Origin: Phoronis australis
Lineage: Eukaryota; Animalia; Phoronida
Direction of reading: 5' to 3'
NCBI GenBank assembly: GCA_002633005.1
Contig: NMRA01000396.1
Location: 330,749-394,748 of the forward strand
DNA: 64,000 bases
The first letter of the stretch is position 1, and each line of letters begins with the position of its first letter. Both the position numbers and the translations under genes were made by a program. Shown here one piece after another: positions 58,341-64,000 of the stretch. The notes under the pieces are model-generated. The model was not told the DNA's origin. It searched no databases and was given only the letters and a program-made list of their open reading frames with translations.

Positions 58341-61300
58341 ACCATGTCGTTTTATACTCTACAAATTACCAGTTCACCCCGCTAAGATGAATTAGGTACT
58401 AGGACAAGCAATACATAGGCGGATTTACTCCCACCCCCTTGGCTGCCGCAAAATAAAAATAAGGAACAACAAGAGCGTGAGGAAATATTGAGTTTATTCA
58501 CTAATCTCGGTAATTATCATGAGCTTGAAACAATATTTAACTTGGGCAGTTGTAGTTTGTGTGTGGGCGTGTGCGTGTGTGGGGGGCTCTGCATATTGAT
58601 GTAAATATTATTCTTTGGTATAACCTGAAGTAGACAACTCCAATCACCTCTCGAGAACGGGTCCGTGCAAATGGATACTTCGGACCTCTGGCTTCGGCCG
58701 TCCAAGCAGAGGTGTTCACCGGCACACGCGGCTAACCGATGTATATGTCCGTGTCTTGCCAACCACTACAGGGTGTTTTTGGTGTCACGTGTGCATTCCT
58801 CTTTTTTCATTGAAATACTTAATGTTAACATTTCAGATTCTATAACTCTATCCTTTTGCAAAATTTTTCGCCCAACTTTTAATCAAATTGGCTTATGCCC
58901 TCAATTCTGAATATGCACATGACTGTACACAAACATGTATAGTTCCATTGGTCAACTGTTGCATACAATGACACGACTTCACATGCACGCATACTACTGT
59001 TCGTATAATCATCGATTTCCATGGGTTTCTATTATTTTTTCTTATTAGTGTTCAAGTGTTTCCCACGAACGCATGCCTCAGATCTTTTTGTTAGAATAAA
59101 TCATGTGGCGTCGGGTCAAGGCATTTTTAGGACCATACTAAAAACTGATGTAATGGCGCGCCGGAGGAGCGGCCCCCTTGACAGCTGATCGTCTTGTTGG
59201 TTTGTGAACAACTGAAAAATAGGTACTGTGGAATTATAACGACGAAAAAGGTTAATCGTGTTGCTGTATAATTTCATTTTCTGAACGTTATACATTTCAG
59301 TGATTGTCTTTTCGACTGAGCCGGAAAAAACCTCCCAGGCCCTAGCAGCACTCCGTGAAAATTTCAGTCAACGCATTAGGAATTTAGTCTTTGCAGTGGC
59401 TTATATGATCGTTTAAGCAATGCAAGAGTCACATATTTATATTACTTTATGTTACCAATATTTTATAACCTCGTATTTAAAATTTCAAATTTTATTCTGA
59501 AAATTCCCCGGCTTCCATAAGGCCACTGTGCTTTTATTGGGGACAAATAAAAACAAGAATAATATATATTTTTAAGTTGTATTGGGAATTTCAGGGTCAC
59601 AGCTCTACAAAGAAATATTTCACAAAGGGAACAATGTGGGTTCTTTAATTACAAGAGATAACACACACATTTCCGATACCCAAAGTGTAATTGAGTATCT
59701 GATACTAAGTGGCACAGGTTAGCATAGTACCAAATGGGTACATAATACCAAATGGGTATGAGCAATATTGGGACACTTCTGTGTGTGAGATGCGGCGCTT
59801 TCGAGCTTTACCTCACCAGGCTCCACCGCGATATGCGATAGATTCCCATCTAGGTCTTAACCATTGTAAATCCCATCTCGTTACATCAATAATAACTCCT
59901 GTCATGCTGGCCTCTGGCACTCATACCCATTCTACATGGGTTCCCGGAACCCAACTGTGCCTCACTCCTTGTTCAAGGCTTAAAATAGCTAGTGACGCAC
60001 TTCGCTCAGTGTCGCACCAGCGTGTCAAAAATTACCAAAAATACGGCAAACCTGCAGTTTTCACCCCAAAGCCACCATTTGCATGTGATTACTGTGAACT
60101 GAGAGACAGCGTATTCAGCCTGGAAAACCTCCATGTATTACATAAATCAGGTGAAATGTGGGTGTCGACCAGCTATATTTTTCGCAATTAAATCCAAAGA
60201 GTCTGAGAGGTATCTGAATTTCCCGTAAAATTTCAACTTCCCGCTTGCAAGCAGTAAAAATTTAACTAAAGCCATGTGTGAGCAGAAAGAGAGTTAAGGT
60301 CTCAACAGCTGACAATCTCTCCCAGGCCACATTCAAAAATCAAGCAAATGCCTTTAGCCTCCACATGCAGCACAAAACCTTTAAACTAAGTCAACCCAGC
60401 AAGCGCCATTTTTTTACGAAACTGGAGAAACAAAATTCAACCGTGGCTCAAAAAAGCTATTGATTGTCACCTTAATGTCGTCTGCTTATTAAACCTGGTG
60501 ATATTTGATTCATAGTTTATTTTATCTGGCCTAGGAATTAATTAATGTGAGCTGCCTACAGTATCCAATAGCAATTGGGCGCGTGGCTAAAGTATGTTCC
60601 CGCCTGAAATGAACTTTCTCCAATCGTCAAGAAGGAGACTCTCAAAACAAAGAAAATTATTGTCTTACTGCTGTTCTCAATTTCACGTAATCAAATCCTT
60701 CAGCCATTATTGTATGATCAATCAAATAAGTGCCTATTTAAGTGATATGCTGTCAAAGAATCTATGTTCAAGTGTTCCTAATTTTTTACTTATTTCTATT
60801 TTTCCTACTTTCAGTTCGAAATTCCTGATGTTTCCTACTATTTGCCCCACTTCTCTGAAACTGTGTGTAATGTTATCTTTCTAGAATACCCAGTAGTACT
60901 CGTAGATCATCTTAGGCAGGACTGAACAAGGACAATTATCTTACCAAATATGGGTAACATTTGTCCTTCACTCTGAGTAAAAAGTTGCCAAGACCAAGGC
61001 CAAAACCTTCTATTATTTGTCTGGGCAAACTCACCAATAGGAGGGGTTGGTAGGCCACTTTAACTTGACTGGGTGTTTTGCTTTGCCGGGTATTGTCGGA
61101 GGTAAGAATTCTACTTCATTTTGAACATGGTATTGTCTTGGATTGGAGAATGGCAACCCTTTCTCGTTATTTGGGGTTTCCTTAAAAGATGTATAAACAA
61201 CAATGACACATTTACTCAAATGTCAACATTATACATACACAGAAGAATCTAATTTTATGCCCTGACGAGCTACTGACACTAAAGGTAAATAACTTTTTTG

Positions 61301-61811
61301 CTGACTTCGTCATTATCCAGAAAAAATAGCAGTCACTGTCTAGGACCAATAAGATTATTTGTCCACTGAGTGATTTTCATTTTAGTACATGTAGGTCATG
61401 AGTATTTTAAAATGCAATTAGCCTAGTCTTGAGGTCTAGCCTGGCTTGATTTATTGAATGTACATATATTAGCCTTGGAGTAACACTTGGGGTAGATGGA
61501 CTCTTTATAAACGCTTTGAAGAAAATATGTTGCAGAAAGTGTGCTAGTCATGAATTTTCTTCTGTTGTATGGATCACTGGAAGATAAATCTTTGTCTTAG
61601 TAACATTTTTTTTGCCTTTTTCATTGAATAGTTGTCATATCCTGCTGTGAAAACTGAAATATTATGGTTGAAAATGACGATGGCAAAATGGAACTTTTAG
61701 GCATACAAAAGTGCAAGAACTAGGTTTACTACTCATCTATTTCTCTTAATTTTGAAATAAAAAGAAAGACTTCTATCACCTGTACAATCATTGGGNGTGT
61801 CGGCTTTCCAA

Positions 61812-62130
61812 TTTAATGCGCCCACACATTGATGCACATTGCTGTTCCTGTATTTTGTTTAAAGTGACTAATAAGCCCGGTTGGCTGGGTGTTCAAGTAA
61901 CACTGGGCATTGTAATAAATTCATTTTTCACAATATTTGGATGAATATTGCCGTCATCTGGGTCTGGGCGTCTGGCGTCTGGTGAATGTGGTTAAATATC
62001 CTGGACCCCTTGCAGAGTTTTATTGAAATTTGGCTGGTGTTTTCCTACGAGACTGACTACCGATGACGACTAGTTTCGGACCGATACGAATACTACTGTG
62101 CCCCCTTGCGGCAGTTTTAGTTTTTTACGT
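61812..62130 (+). mobile_element. Truncated HINE copy (5' part)
   Basis: tttaatgcgcccacacat start and a diverged first unit ending gtgcccccttgcggcagttttag. Confidence 0.55.
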
Positions 62131-64000
62131 TTGCCAGATCATGATTTTTGACATAATCCAACTACTATGGCGTCACCCGTCACATTCGACAGCAAATTTC
62201 TGTTCACATCACCAAGGACAAGCCATAGACTCATAAAAAATCTCGTTTTCAATTTTGCCAATTTTGCTTATCTCACAAATTGTCTCATCCTCGGTTAGAC
62301 CTGCATGTTGCTTTGTTTCAACGTAAAGCTTGCACATTGAGCAAACATTTTCCTTAGGTATTGGTCTAAAACGTACAGGTAATTTCTCACTGTAATTCTG
62401 TTTTAATAGTAAAGTAGATTTGATATTTAGTCGGATTAATATTTACAGAGTGCAAATTTTGCTCCACAGTTAAATAATATTTGACTAGGAAATTCTGAAA
62501 GAGAATAAATCTACGTCATCTGGTCCATGTAACCATACCTCTCCAAACCCGTTGATGTAAAGTAGCACTTAAGCTATGCTAAATCTTTAATTATATCGTT
62601 CTCGTATCAATTTTACCTATGCCAACATTTCAAGTCGCGGATTCTAAAATTTGAAGATGAATGTTACCAAGGAAGTGCCTCAACACTTGAGTCGTGGTCT
62701 TCTCTAGCTTCAGTGTATTTATTAATGATTTTTCTACTCAATGTCGCTCAATTGACTGTACTGTTTTGTATTCAGTGAAGCAAAACGGAGTTAATGAATG
62801 TCGAAACCTAGCTGTGATGTGGTTTAAAACAAATCACACGAAATAGAAGAAATTTATAGTGTAAAACTTTCTCAAGAAAATTGTCCCTCAAGAGAAAAAA
62901 GTTAATATTGCATGGTTTAGCAAAGTTATGGTTATGTACAAGGTTCCGATAAAAATGTCAAAATTTGGCTGACTTCGGAGCATCATGTCTCAGAGATGGC
63001 TTATTAAAATATATGAACATTTCAAATAATTTAAGCACAGTTCTCAAAGACGCTGAAAGGAATTGCTTTTAAATGTTTCGTTTTTTTCATGAGAGGCTGT
63101 CATAAAATAGGGCTATCGTGACTTTCAGGAAATTCTTTAAAGTTGCATTATACGAAAACGAAAACGAATTGGTTTGACACAAAATTGTCACAGAATTTTT
63201 CAAATATCACTTTGAGTGTCGGCAAGTAAAGAGGAGTCGTCTACTAATGCTTTATTAGATACTCGAAACATTTCACAGTTATATTCTTACAAGTCTTCTC
63301 TGTTTTGGTTTTACAAAAACAGAAACAAAACTACATTGCAAAACCTTTAATCACAATTTAGACAAAAATGCAAATAAAAAATACCATTATAGGAAAATAT
63401 AGGAAAAAAATCACTTAAGTATTGCAGCTCTCATCCTCTCCTCTTTGAACAGTACACACCATGGATTTTTGCACATTTTGAATTACCGGTGGCCACAGAC
63501 TAAATGTATGACGTAAAATTTAGCTAAACCCATGTTTATTTTGTGTAATTAGCTCGACATTTTGATTTTTCTTTCAATTTTGCCAATTTTCACATTTGCC
63601 GCCATGTGACGTCATGTGTTGAACACAAGAGCTCAGTGACTAGCATTGAACAATGGCGGAGAGCAGGGAATTTGAAAGCGACGACGATTATGAGCAAGAA
63701 TTGAACAAATACTATGAAGAAACGTAGAGGAATGGTGGCCAGGATGAGGAAATGGGATTGCACGAAAGCGAGAACAAGTTTTATGTGCTTTCGGCTGCGT
63801 ACTTTTCTACTTTGAGCCTTACGAACTGGATCCTCTCGCGAGAGAAGCGGCCTCGGGCTCAGCGAGTCAACTCAGTCATCAGAGACGATCCTGAATTAAG
63901 AGCTGATGTTTCTGAATGATAAATATTGTCCTTTATTGAACCAGGCCTTCATCGTAACGTCTCCTGTGACTGGAGTCGCAACACGAGTCCTCAAAGTGGG

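Noticed and set aside
59709-60191. 160-aa ORF
   Set aside because: GTG start, no recognisable domain, contains a short tandem duplication; looks repeat-derived.

Overview
Eukaryotic, AT-rich, intron- and repeat-rich genomic DNA from a draft assembly (a few n bases). It is most likely a marine bilaterian invertebrate; a lophotrochozoan such as a brachiopod or mollusc is my guess from the repeat types, not a determination. Three spliced protein-coding genes can be rebuilt by hand with frame-consistent GT-AG junctions: (1) Topors RING E3 ligase on the minus strand (2 coding exons, 805 aa); (2) Asterix/WDR83OS (PAT10) on the plus strand (4 exons, 104 aa), head-to-head with Topors; (3) a 6-exon single-cysteine-cluster Toll-like receptor on the plus strand (~856 aa, TIR split over 3 exons). 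The rest is a nested transposon landscape: three Kolobok-type TTAA elements (one with a dead THAP domain), a Mutator-like foldback element, pogo-like inverted copies, hAT-like MITEs with 5/6-bp TSDs, Helentron-associated (HINE/DINE-1/pearl-like) elements, Penelope GIY-YIG and CR1/L2 LINE remnants, and two miniature LTR elements whose LTRs contain a tRNA-like Pol III promoter. The most notable observations are: a ~480-bp insertion splitting the TLR juxtamembrane exon, giving a choice between a TIR-less and a frame-rescued receptor; HINE elements carrying ~150-bp-phased arrays of CTCF-like motifs, one of which now supplies the polypyrimidine tract of an Asterix exon; and the tRNA-in-LTR elements. 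No prokaryotic systems, rRNA, bona fide tRNA or CRISPR were seen. Family assignments are from motif recognition only; no searches were run.
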